Shown piece after piece: positions 20,559 to 30,330 of a stretch of 64,000 nt of DNA (positions are counted from its first letter, which is position 1; each line of letters starts with the position of its first letter). A program made the position numbers and the translations under genes. The notes beneath the pieces were generated by a model. That model saw nothing but the letters and a program-made list of their open reading frames with translations. It was not told the origin of the DNA and did no database searches. The stretch is taken from positions 594,962 to 658,961 of the forward strand of contig JBJKYB010000002.1 in the NCBI GenBank assembly GCA_045561235.1, given 5' to 3'. The stretch is from Gammaproteobacteria bacterium (GTDB lineage Bacteria; Pseudomonadota; Gammaproteobacteria; Poriferisulfidales; GCA-002705445).

Positions 20559-21324
20559 AACTCATCTCTCTATATAACTTAATCATATCATCTATACTCA
20601 ACTCTTCAGCTCTTTTATTAATGTTAACATATTTATCTACATCATTAATATCTAGACAGTTTCTAATTTTTTTTCTTCTTTTACTAAATATAATTTTTGT
20701 AAACAATAAAAAATCTTCAATTTCTTCTTTATCAAGTAAAACTTTATTTAATGGAGTAAGCTTAAGAAAAGAAGAATACACTTTTGGCTGAGGTGAAAAA
20801 TCAGAAGGTCTAATATCAATAAATTTTTCACACCTAAAAAATAACTGCATTAGAACTGTTAATCTGCCATAAGACTTACTATTACATTCTGAGATGATTC
20901 GATCAACAAATTCTTTTTGCATCATGAAATATATATTTAAAATATTTCTCTTATTTTCAATACATTTCAGTAAAATTTTTGTAGATATATTATAAGGAAT
21001 ATTCCCAATAATCTTATACTTGTCTTTATATATTTTATTTAAATCAGTTTTTAGTATATCTTCATTCTTTATTTTTATATTTTTATACTTTTTCTCTAAA
21101 AATTCACATAATTTTTTGTCTTTTTCAATACCAATATAATGTTTAGTTTTTCCAATTATATTTTTAGTTAAAGCCCCTTGCCCTGGACCAACTTCTAAAA
21201 CAAAATCTTTCTCGGATAGATTAATGATTTCTAATATGGTATTTATAGTATATTCGTTTACAAGAAAATTTTGGCCTAAGCTTTTCTTTGGTTTAATTTT
21301 TTCTGTCATTTTTATTATTAACAA
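20539..21324 (-). CDS. rsmA: 16S rRNA (adenine1518-N6/adenine1519-N6)-dimethyltransferase.
   Basis: SAM motif (V)LE(V/I)GPG.GALT, KSLGQNFL near the N-terminus, NIPYNIST block. Follows pdxA with an overlap. Confidence 0.9.
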   Translation of the reverse strand: MLIIKMTEKIKPKKSLGQNFLVNEYTINTILEIINLSEKDFVLEVGPGQGALTKNIIGKTKHYIGIEKDKKLCEFLEKKYKNIKIKNEDILKTDLNKIYKDKYKIIGNIPYNISTKILLKCIENKRNILNIYFMMQKEFVDRIISECNSKSYGRLTVLMQLFFRCEKFIDIRPSDFSPQPKVYSSFLKLTPLNKVLLDKEEIEDFLLFTKIIFSKRRKKIRNCLDINDVDKYVNINKRAEELSIDDMIKLYREMSYDRKFV

Positions 21325-22303
21325 TATTTAGTGACGCACTTATTGCTGCTATTAAGCTCTCTGGACTTGCTTTATTTGTTCCAGCTATGTCTAAAGCAGT
21401 ACCATGATCTACCGAGGTTCTAATTATTGGTAGACCTAATGTTGTATTAACTATATTTCCAAATCCTAAAGACTTGATAACAGGTAATGCTTGATCATGG
21501 AACATAGACAAAATAACATCATGATCATCCCTTGTAAAAATTGTATCAGCAGAAAATGGTCCATTAACATTATATCCCTCATTTTGCATATGCTTTATTG
21601 CTGGAATTATAATATTTTTTTCTTCGTTTCCAATGAAGCCATTTTCTCCAGCATGAGGGTTTAGTCCGCATATATTGATTTTTGGATTTTCAATTGAAAA
21701 TTTTTCTTTTAACTCTTGACTGATAATTTTTATATACTTTTCCAATCTATTTTTTGTAATAAGTTTGGTTACATCCTGTAATGGCACATGTGTAGTTAAT
21801 AGTGCAATCTTTAAATTTTCAGTATGCAACATCATTATTGGTTCACTCTCTGTTTTATGCGCAATATATTCTGTGTGTCCAGAAAAATTTTCGCCATATT
21901 TCATTATTATACTTTTCTGTACTGGACCTGTAACAATCGCATCTGCATTATTATCTAGACATGCTTTTATTCCTATATCAAGTGACTGTAATATCAAAGG
22001 AACATGTTTGATATTAGGGCTTCCAATCTTAACTTTTGTAGTATTTTTTATGTCATGTACTAAAATGTCATTTTCGCCTATTTTTGGAAGATCAGTATCA
22101 TTTATATCTACCTTAATAAAATTTACTTTTTTCTTTAGTATATCCCTCCTTTCTTTTAAAAGTTCAATACTTGCAATAGATATTAAATCTGCTGCAAAGC
22201 TTTTTTTTGAAATATCTAATATAATGTCATAACCTATACCTGCTGGTTCCCCTGGAGTTATTACGATTTTAGGAATACTTTTCATTAAAGGAATGGGTCC
22301 CAA
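21293..22303 (-). CDS. pdxA: 4-hydroxythreonine-4-phosphate dehydrogenase.
   Basis: 336 aa. Motifs ITPGEPAGIG, TGPV.K, GHTEY(I/L)A, LT.H(V/I)PL, MFHDQ(A/G)L, VDHGTA.DIAG. Confidence 0.9.
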   Translation of the reverse strand: MGPIPLMKSIPKIVITPGEPAGIGYDIILDISKKSFAADLISIASIELLKERRDILKKKVNFIKVDINDTDLPKIGENDILVHDIKNTTKVKIGSPNIKHVPLILQSLDIGIKACLDNNADAIVTGPVQKSIIMKYGENFSGHTEYIAHKTESEPIMMLHTENLKIALLTTHVPLQDVTKLITKNRLEKYIKIISQELKEKFSIENPKINICGLNPHAGENGFIGNEEKNIIIPAIKHMQNEGYNVNGPFSADTIFTRDDHDVILSMFHDQALPVIKSLGFGNIVNTTLGLPIIRTSVDHGTALDIAGTNKASPESLIAAISASLNIVNNKNDRKN

Positions 22304-23634
22304 GATTTATCATCGATTTTATTTACTCCTTTTTTAGAATTTATATAAGCTTCTGGTGCTGTCTCTGAAACGTATTTAATATAGTTTTTCCCTTTTAACT
22401 CGATTATCCAAGCATCAACCACTTCTTGAGCTCTGCTAGATGTTATATATCTCTTGGCAAGATTCATTTTAATTGCTTCTGTATTATCTTGATTTCTCTT
22501 CCCCAATACTTCTAAAATATGCCACCCAAATTGACTAGAAAAGGGGTCACTAATTTTATTAATAGGAAGAGTATCAATTACATCTTCGAATTCTGGTACA
22601 AAAGTTCCTGGTGCTGCCCACTCTAATTCTCCTCCTAATGATGCAGAAATTGTATCTTCTGAATAGGCTCTAGCTATGTCAGAAAAGGATTCCCCGCTTT
22701 CTATTCTTTTTTTAAGTTCAATCAATGAGCTTTTTGCTCTATCATCAGTTACAATTGCATTTCTTTTAATTAATATGTGCCTAACTTTTCTCTCTTCTAT
22801 TTTAATTTTTTCCATTTCTTTTTTATCTTCTAAATAAAAAATATAATAGCCATTATTATTTTCAATTAGATTACTAATTTCTCCAATGCCCATATTTTCT
22901 AATTGATCTAAAAACATTTGAGGAACTTCTGTAATTTTTCTCCATCCAAGATCACCACCAGATAAAGCATTACCACTATCAGAATAATTTTTTGCTAAGC
23001 TTGTAAATTTTTCACCATTTAAAAATTTTCTTTTAATCATTTTAATTTTGTCTTTTGCAGAGGACTTTTCTTCCACAGATGGTTCTTCAGAAATAGCAAT
23101 AAGAATCATGGATATCTTATATTGATTATTTTCTTTGAAAATATGGCCCTGATGTTTTATAAACTCTTGGATCTCTTTTTTACTAACTTTTACCTTTTGG
23201 GAAACAATTCTTCTCTTAACTTCTCGAATGATAAGATCTTCTTTTAATAAATTTCTATATACGTTGTAGTCAACACCTTGACTTATTATTTTTTCTCTAA
23301 ATTCACTTAGGGAAACCCCTGATTTATTTGCCATATCTTCCATAGCTTTATCTATCATCCACTCCTGGACATTCATTCCAGAGTTTTTTGCATAGTTTAG
23401 CTGTAATCTAGTATTTATCATACTTTCTAGAACTTGTTTTCTAAAATCACTTTGATCAGCTGGAAGAGGATTGCCGCTAATTCGGTACTGATTAATAATA
23501 AAGTTTAACTTTTTTTGATATTCTGATTGTGTAATTACGTCATTCTCAATAATTACAATCGCTTGATCTAAAATTTTTGCAAATGAATTTGCACAAAATA
23601 ATAATGACATTATTAAAAAAATAGAGAATTTCAT
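22285..23634 (-). CDS. surA: Periplasmic chaperone / peptidyl-prolyl isomerase SurA (two parvulin domains).
   Basis: 449 aa with a signal peptide. Two rotamase-like blocks (GGDLGW..., GGELEWA...). Position between lptD and pdxA. Confidence 0.9.
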   Translation of the reverse strand: MKFSIFLIMSLLFCANSFAKILDQAIVIIENDVITQSEYQKKLNFIINQYRISGNPLPADQSDFRKQVLESMINTRLQLNYAKNSGMNVQEWMIDKAMEDMANKSGVSLSEFREKIISQGVDYNVYRNLLKEDLIIREVKRRIVSQKVKVSKKEIQEFIKHQGHIFKENNQYKISMILIAISEEPSVEEKSSAKDKIKMIKRKFLNGEKFTSLAKNYSDSGNALSGGDLGWRKITEVPQMFLDQLENMGIGEISNLIENNNGYYIFYLEDKKEMEKIKIEERKVRHILIKRNAIVTDDRAKSSLIELKKRIESGESFSDIARAYSEDTISASLGGELEWAAPGTFVPEFEDVIDTLPINKISDPFSSQFGWHILEVLGKRNQDNTEAIKMNLAKRYITSSRAQEVVDAWIIELKGKNYIKYVSETAPEAYINSKKGVNKIDDKSWDPFL

Positions 23635-23636
23635 AT

Positions 23637-26066
23637 TTAATATTCTTTATCAATATATCCCTTTATACTTGATTCTATTGTATCACCTAATGGGGTTCCA
23701 ACGTCTGTAAAACCTTTTAACATGATCTGGAATTGAATTTCTTTTTCATAAACCTCTATATCTGTTTTATATCTTCTCTGAATTAATCTGGCTTTCCAGC
23801 AGCAACTCTCGTATTCTAGCCCAGCTAAGGTCTCTATGTCATCTCCTGTGTCTGTATTATTTTCGTTATTTTTGAAGTCATAATTCCACCTTCCAAGCAA
23901 ACTTAAATTATTTGCAACCTCCCAGGCAAAACTCATGTCACCTTGAGCGATATCATTTTTTGAATATCTATAACTTGCATTAAAAATATTATTTCCCTTG
24001 CCTCTATATTGAAATGTATGATTGTTAAATACAGTTTTTTGATCATCAGCATTTGAGTCGTAAAGAAAAGTCGAAATTAGACTTATATTTTCTTTTGGCC
24101 TATATTCCATTTCTGCAATGTAATTTGAATTTGATCTCGTATATAAAGTTTCATTATCAACAGAAATATTTCTATCTTCAAAATAAATTATTTTACCAAT
24201 ACTAAAGTTAAAAATATTTCTGTAATTTTCTAGATCATAAAAGTTATTTGAAATAGAAATAGATAATTGATTTGCATCACTTGTTCTATCTAAGCCAGAA
24301 AATCTATTATCCCTAAATAGCTGCGCAAAAGAAAAAGTATTTAAACCTGTGTCAAATATTGGTATATCATCTTGATTTTCTTCTTGCGCATATAAGTAAA
24401 ATAATCTCGGTTTAATCTGGTGCACTAAGTTTGAATCTTTTAATTGCTTTGATAGTACCATTTCACTATTGATACTAAATATCGGAATAGTCTTACTTGG
24501 GCTTGACGAATATCCTGAAACTTGATTATCCAGATTATATTGAGTATGTTGTATTTTAATTCTTGGTGTGATTTCTAATCCTTTCATAAAGAATGTCCTG
24601 TCTATGCCAAACTGAATATCAGATCTTGTACCATCAACTTTTGTCTCATAATCATGGTCCCATTCTGTTATTGACGTCAAAATATCTAAATTCGCAAGAT
24701 CTCTATCCCATCTTTTGCTGATTTCAATCTTTGGTAGAAGATCATAAGGTTCTGATTCATTTGTTAATGATTTATCAAATGTTTGATAGCCTGAGAATTC
24801 ACTATAAACTCTCCAGTCATTTTTTTGGTATGTAGCTTTAATATATCTTGAGCCATACGTTGTGCTTACTCCAGCAATTCCACTTCCAAAATCGTCATAA
24901 AAGTCTTTATCAGAAATTTTCTCGTAGTGCGTATCGATAAATAAATTTGGATTCACTTGATGTTTATGATCAACTAATATCTTATATCTATCGTCAACAT
25001 ATTCTGAATCATCACCTAGGTACGAAACATAAATTGCACCATCAAAATTATTTTCTAAATATCTAAAAGTCGTTTCTATTTGACTTCCTCTGTCTTGCAA
25101 ATATGATGGCTGAATTAGCATGTCCATATTTGGTGCGATATTCCAATAAAAAGGTGTAAAAATATCTGGGCCTTTTGTCCAACTTCCCGACCAGTCTGGC
25201 ACAAGAAAACCAGTTTTCCTTTGTTCATCTAGAGAAAATCTCATATACGGAGAATAAAAAACGGGCACACCTTTTACCGATACAAAAACATTCCTACCAG
25301 TACCTACTCCTTTTTCAAAATCTAATTCGGTACTTTTACTAATTAGATTCCAATCAGGATTTATTAAATCACATGTTGTGTAAGTAGAATTTTTTAAAAA
25401 CATTTTTTTATTTTTTAATCTAACACCATACCTAGCTTTTCCCGATATATCTAAAGAAGGATATTTATATTTTGGAGATATAAAATCTGTTCTTCCTTCT
25501 TTAGTATTATATTCAGCGTAGGGTGCTTTAACTTCGATACCATCAGCATCATATTGAACACTCCCACTTAATCTCGCTCTATCCTCAGCTTGTAAGAAAT
25601 TAGCTAATTCACTTTTAATAGTTTCGCTGCCCCTTATTATTTTGGTGTCTCCTTGAAGAATTGTAATTCGTTTATTTTCATCCCAATAAGATTCGTCAGC
25701 CTCAACTTTAATTAAATCTTTATTCTCAGTAACATCTTTGGATTTTTGATCTTTAGTAATTTTCTTTTGATTATCTTCATCTTTATAGGCTCTAATTTTA
25801 TCTTCATTGAATTCAATTTCTGTTTCTGAGACCTTAATATTTTCAACAAATTTTAAAAGGCTTTCTAATGATGAAACTTTATTTGTTGAGATTTTGCTAT
25901 TTTCCTCAAAAGAATGAGTTTTGTATAAGTCATATATAGAACAACAGAAGAAATTTTTATCTTCTATATTTCCAGTATTTTCAGCATATAAACTACTATT
26001 TATTAGCATAAAAACACAAATTATTATTTTGCTAGAATTTTTCATATAACATATATTATATAACAA
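23637..26066 (-). CDS. lptD: LPS-assembly outer membrane protein LptD (Imp/OstA).
   Basis: 809 aa, signal peptide, OstA-like N-terminal domain and a large beta-barrel. Immediately upstream of surA (lptD-surA-pdxA-ksgA-apaG-apaH block). Confidence 0.92.
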   Translation of the reverse strand: MLYNICYMKNSSKIIICVFMLINSSLYAENTGNIEDKNFFCCSIYDLYKTHSFEENSKISTNKVSSLESLLKFVENIKVSETEIEFNEDKIRAYKDEDNQKKITKDQKSKDVTENKDLIKVEADESYWDENKRITILQGDTKIIRGSETIKSELANFLQAEDRARLSGSVQYDADGIEVKAPYAEYNTKEGRTDFISPKYKYPSLDISGKARYGVRLKNKKMFLKNSTYTTCDLINPDWNLISKSTELDFEKGVGTGRNVFVSVKGVPVFYSPYMRFSLDEQRKTGFLVPDWSGSWTKGPDIFTPFYWNIAPNMDMLIQPSYLQDRGSQIETTFRYLENNFDGAIYVSYLGDDSEYVDDRYKILVDHKHQVNPNLFIDTHYEKISDKDFYDDFGSGIAGVSTTYGSRYIKATYQKNDWRVYSEFSGYQTFDKSLTNESEPYDLLPKIEISKRWDRDLANLDILTSITEWDHDYETKVDGTRSDIQFGIDRTFFMKGLEITPRIKIQHTQYNLDNQVSGYSSSPSKTIPIFSINSEMVLSKQLKDSNLVHQIKPRLFYLYAQEENQDDIPIFDTGLNTFSFAQLFRDNRFSGLDRTSDANQLSISISNNFYDLENYRNIFNFSIGKIIYFEDRNISVDNETLYTRSNSNYIAEMEYRPKENISLISTFLYDSNADDQKTVFNNHTFQYRGKGNNIFNASYRYSKNDIAQGDMSFAWEVANNLSLLGRWNYDFKNNENNTDTGDDIETLAGLEYESCCWKARLIQRRYKTDIEVYEKEIQFQIMLKGFTDVGTPLGDTIESSIKGYIDKEY

Positions 26067-26111
26067 AAATTTGAGATAATTACCGTAATATACTTTTTAA
26101 AAGAGGTTATT

Positions 26112-27176
26112 TTGAAGAGGTTCAAAAATATAAAGATCTTTAAAAATCAACGCCAATTAAGCTTAATTGCCCTTTTGGGATTTATTTCTATTTCTGTATT
26201 AATGGTTATTTTTCAGCCAGAGCCCGAAGCTAACGTGAATCAGCCTATACCTGTTGTAGTTGACGCTATGAAATTGAAGGTTCAAAATATTTCTCCAGTT
26301 GTTGATTATACTGGGAGATTGGAACCATCAAAAAAAGCAGAGTTAAAATTTGAAATTAATGGAAAATTGGCAAAAAAATTAGTGCAGCCTGGAGAGCATG
26401 TAAAGTCGGGTGATATAATTTTAAAATTAGAAGAGTTCGAAATATATAAAAAGTTATACGAACTATCAAAAAGAAATTTTAACTTACAAACTAAAGAAGT
26501 TGAAAGAATGGCAATTTTAGATAAAAAATCTTTATTATCAAAATCACAATATGATAAAACCGTTCAAAAACAGATCGAACTAGAATCTGCAATGTATAGA
26601 AGTAAACAAGATTTTCAAAAAACTTTTATAAAGGCTAAGTTTTCCGGAATAATAAACGAAATTAATATTGATGAAGGTGATACAGTTAGTCCAAATAGTA
26701 TAGTGGCAAATTTGATTGATACTTCAAGTTTAGATTTGTATGTAGAAGTAAGGGGAGACGTTATTGAAGGGTTAAAGCTCAATATGGATATTGAAGTTTC
26801 GTCGAATCAAATTACTTCCAGTGGAAAATTAATTTCTTTTCAAACAAGTCCAAATTTAGAGACATATACCCATCTTTTAAGAATAAGAATTAAGGATGAA
26901 AGGCTCAGATCAGGCATGCTTGCCAACGCAAAATTTATATTACCTGCAATTAATAAAAGTTTTGGAGTTCCAGTATCGTCTGTACTTAGTGATAATGGAC
27001 AAAAATTTGTTTTTGTAATCGATGAGAAAAAATTACAAAAAAGACAGATAAATGTAATCACGAGATTTGATGAGATTTATGTTATTGATGGTAACATAAA
27101 ACCAAATGACCTTATTGTAACCAAAGATGTTTCTTCGCTTTCAGAAGGCCAAGATATATTAATATCTAGTCAGTAA
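26112..27176 (+). CDS. RND efflux membrane fusion (periplasmic adaptor) protein.
   Basis: 354 aa. N-terminal TM/signal, biotinyl/lipoyl-like hairpin, coiled-coil region and beta-barrel (GDI(I)LKLE...G.L....K..I....A). Directly precedes an AcrB-family pump. Confidence 0.8.
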   Translation: MKRFKNIKIFKNQRQLSLIALLGFISISVLMVIFQPEPEANVNQPIPVVVDAMKLKVQNISPVVDYTGRLEPSKKAELKFEINGKLAKKLVQPGEHVKSGDIILKLEEFEIYKKLYELSKRNFNLQTKEVERMAILDKKSLLSKSQYDKTVQKQIELESAMYRSKQDFQKTFIKAKFSGIINEINIDEGDTVSPNSIVANLIDTSSLDLYVEVRGDVIEGLKLNMDIEVSSNQITSSGKLISFQTSPNLETYTHLLRIRIKDERLRSGMLANAKFILPAINKSFGVPVSSVLSDNGQKFVFVIDEKKLQKRQINVITRFDEIYVIDGNIKPNDLIVTKDVSSLSEGQDILISSQ

Positions 27177-27183
27177 AAAAACT

Positions 27184-30100
27184 ATGATAGATTATTCGAT
27201 TAAAAACCCATTGGTTGTAAATTTATTTTTATTGTTAATTGTAATAATAGGAATAATTTCTTGGCAATCCATGCCTGAAGAAATGTTTCCGGTTGTTGAA
27301 AAAGATGCTATCAAGATAATTACAAAATACGATGGAGCATCCCCGGAAGAGGTTGAAAAACAAGTAACTATTTCAATTGAGGATACTTTAGATAACCTTC
27401 AAGATGTAGACTTCTACTATTCAAAAAGTTCTGAGAGTGTATCAGCTATAACTTTAAGATTAAAACCAGAAGCTGATGTTGACGAATTATTAAGAACTGT
27501 TAGAGACTTAGTTGATGCAATTGATGGTTTTCCTGAAGAAGCAGACGATCCAGAGATTTCAAGGGTTAAAACTAGGTTTCCGGTCATTAGTGTAAGTATA
27601 TTTGGAGAAACAAGACAAAGTTTATTATTCGCAAACGCAAAAAAAATGAAGCAAAAGATAATGCAACTTGATGGAGTTGCTGGTGTTGGTATTGCAGGAA
27701 ATAGAGATGATGAAATTTGGGTCATAATTAATCCTTCAGTAATATCCGCAAAACAAGTATCAACAAAAGAAATTATTAGTGCTCTAAAAAATAATATTCG
27801 AGATTTACCCGGTGGTTCTGTTAAAGCAACAGAAGGAGATATTCTCTTAAGAGGTTTAGGCTCATCATCTATAAAAGCGATTGAAAATATAACTTTAAAA
27901 AACAATAGTATAGGCGGTCAATTATTACTAAAAGAAATCGCATCAGTTGAACAAAGATTAGAAGAAGAGGATTCTGTTGGACGATTTAACGGCAAAAAAG
28001 CAGTGAATATGTCTGTAACCAAAACAGCTGAGGCCTCTGTATTTGATGTTTCAAATAATGTAAGGAAAATTGTGAAAGAATATTCATTACCTCAAGGCCT
28101 TCAGGTATCTGTTTTTAGCGACTTTTCAAAAAATGTCAAAACTAGATTAGATACAGTTAAATCGTCTGGCTTAATTGGCTTATTTTTATTACTTCTCTCT
28201 TTGTATTTGTTTTTAAATTCACGGGTTGCTTTTATTACAGCTTTTGGAATACCAGTCTCATTTTTAGTTGCAGCTTTTGGCATGTACGCATTTGGATATA
28301 CAATAAATATGGTTTCTCTATTTGCCTTCTTAGTTGCGTTAGGTATGGTTGTTGATGATGCAATTATTGTTACAGAAAATACTTACAGACATATCGAGTC
28401 AGGAATGGATCCTGTTTCAGCATCAAAAATTGGAGCGAAGGAAGTTTTTTGGCCAATTGTAGCTTCAACATTAACAACGATAGCTGCGTTTCTTCCAATG
28501 TTGAGCATATCTGGTACTTTAGGAAAATTTATCGAGGTGATTCCATTGGTAGTTACAGTTGCACTCCTAGGATCTCTAATGGAGGCTTTTATCGTATTGC
28601 CTTCACATTGCGCAAGTTTTCTTAAAAAACCAGAAAAAAATAATCCTAAAAAAGAAAGGTGGAAAAATATTTTATTAAAATACAATAAATACTTAAGCGT
28701 ATGTATAAAAAATAGGTACTTGGTTTCTAGTGTAACTGTTGGAATTTTATGTGTAATTATTACTTTTGCAGTTACGAGAATTCCTTATTATCAATTTGGT
28801 AAAGTTGATAGTGGCCAATTTTTTATAAATGCTGAAGCATCTATTACTAGTAGCGTTAGAGATACTGAACGACTTGCCATGAAACTAGAAAAGGTCGTAC
28901 TGTCAGAGTTAAACGAAAATGAGCTAGAATCACTATACACAAATGTCGGTGTAAGTTTTAAAGACTTTAGTAGGTTTGATTTGGGAAGCCAGTACATTCA
29001 GATTGTTGTGAGCTTGAAAAAAAGTAGCCCTCAAGGATTTGTAGATTATGTTGTAACTCCTTTATTTAATTTATCTTTTGATAGTTATGGTAAAAGAGAT
29101 AGAAGTGAAAAAGAGATAATAAATTCGTTAAGACAGAAAATTTCGTCAGTCTCTGGACTTCAGAAAGTTTCTATAAAAAAAGCTGAAGGAGGACCAGGTG
29201 GTTCAGATATTGTAATAGGGGTTGTAGGTCAAAATCAAAAAGTTTTAACAAAGTATGCAAAAGAAATAGAAGATTTTTTATCACGTATTGATGGGGTCAA
29301 AGATGTTGAGCAGGATCAGGATCCTGGAAAAGTTGAATTTAAATATAAAATAAATAATAGAGGTAAAGAATTAGGTTTAACTCAAGCAGATATTGCTGAG
29401 TCTGTTAGAACAGGTTTTTTAGGTCTTGAAACTGCTCATTTCAATTTGGAAGGGGAGCGTGTTCCAGTAAGATTAATATATTCTGAAAAATATAGATATG
29501 ATAGTAGTAAGCTTTATCAACTACCAATTATTTTAAAATCTGGAAAAACCATATACTTAGCTGAAGTAGCAGATATTGAAGTCTCTAGAGGAATGAACAC
29601 AGTTAGAAGAAGAGATGGTCAAAGGCTAGCAAAAATAAGTGCTGATGTCGATCCAAGTATAATAACACCGCTTGAAGTAACGGATATTTTTGACAAAAAA
29701 TATAAAAAAGTTTTTAAGAATGATCCCTCATATGATTATATGTATCTAGGTAGTAAAAAAAGGAGTAGAGAAAATTTTGCAGATATGAAAAAAACTGCAT
29801 TTATATCTCTTGGAATAATATTTTTTATTTTAGCAGTATTATTTAAAACGATAATAGATCCTCTTGTTGTACTATTTTCTATTCCATTTGCCGTCGTAGG
29901 AGTAATATTAGGACATATATTATTTGGATATAATTTACAATTTTTGTCCGTTATAGGCTTATTGGCCCTGATTGGAATCGTTGTCAACGATTCACTTATT
30001 TTAATTGATTTTTTAAAAAAACTTAGAAAAGAGGGAAAAAATAAAATAGATGCGACAATTCAGGCGTGTACTGTAAGAGCAAGGCCTATCATTCTTACGT

Positions 30101-30300
30101 CAGTAACTACATTCTTAGGAATATCGCCTTTAATCTTTTTTGCAACAGGACAAACAAAATTCCTTTCACCAATGGCAGTAAGCTTAGGTTTTGGCTTATT
30201 ATTTGCTACTATACTAATACTAATTGTTTTACCATGTTTTTACTTAATTATGGATGACCTGAAAGAACTCATTGCAAAAAAAGTAAAAATTAATTTTTAA
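27184..30300 (+). CDS. RND (AcrB/AcrD/AcrF family, HAE1-like) inner-membrane efflux transporter.
   Basis: 1038 aa, 12-TM pseudo-repeat architecture. N-terminal SIKNP..V..L(L)..I...G motif, conserved TM4/TM10 regions (VDDAI(I)V.EN, GIVVNDS(L/I)(I)L(I)DF). No outer-membrane factor gene adjacent. Confidence 0.9.
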   Translation: MIDYSIKNPLVVNLFLLLIVIIGIISWQSMPEEMFPVVEKDAIKIITKYDGASPEEVEKQVTISIEDTLDNLQDVDFYYSKSSESVSAITLRLKPEADVDELLRTVRDLVDAIDGFPEEADDPEISRVKTRFPVISVSIFGETRQSLLFANAKKMKQKIMQLDGVAGVGIAGNRDDEIWVIINPSVISAKQVSTKEIISALKNNIRDLPGGSVKATEGDILLRGLGSSSIKAIENITLKNNSIGGQLLLKEIASVEQRLEEEDSVGRFNGKKAVNMSVTKTAEASVFDVSNNVRKIVKEYSLPQGLQVSVFSDFSKNVKTRLDTVKSSGLIGLFLLLLSLYLFLNSRVAFITAFGIPVSFLVAAFGMYAFGYTINMVSLFAFLVALGMVVDDAIIVTENTYRHIESGMDPVSASKIGAKEVFWPIVASTLTTIAAFLPMLSISGTLGKFIEVIPLVVTVALLGSLMEAFIVLPSHCASFLKKPEKNNPKKERWKNILLKYNKYLSVCIKNRYLVSSVTVGILCVIITFAVTRIPYYQFGKVDSGQFFINAEASITSSVRDTERLAMKLEKVVLSELNENELESLYTNVGVSFKDFSRFDLGSQYIQIVVSLKKSSPQGFVDYVVTPLFNLSFDSYGKRDRSEKEIINSLRQKISSVSGLQKVSIKKAEGGPGGSDIVIGVVGQNQKVLTKYAKEIEDFLSRIDGVKDVEQDQDPGKVEFKYKINNRGKELGLTQADIAESVRTGFLGLETAHFNLEGERVPVRLIYSEKYRYDSSKLYQLPIILKSGKTIYLAEVADIEVSRGMNTVRRRDGQRLAKISADVDPSIITPLEVTDIFDKKYKKVFKNDPSYDYMYLGSKKRSRENFADMKKTAFISLGIIFFILAVLFKTIIDPLVVLFSIPFAVVGVILGHILFGYNLQFLSVIGLLALIGIVVNDSLILIDFLKKLRKEGKNKIDATIQACTVRARPIILTSVTTFLGISPLIFFATGQTKFLSPMAVSLGFGLLFATILILIVLPCFYLIMDDLKELIAKKVKINF

Positions 30301-30330
30301 TAATTATTTATAAATTAATGAGGTAATATT

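Noticed and set aside
21765-22232. 155-aa plus-strand ORF within pdxA
   Set aside because: Antisense to a well-supported pdxA. The hydrophobic low-complexity product is typical of an AT-rich shadow ORF.
27417-28997. Several minus-strand ORFs inside the RND pump gene
   Set aside because: Embedded in the 1038-aa AcrB-family frame. No SD, and the translations are low-complexity.
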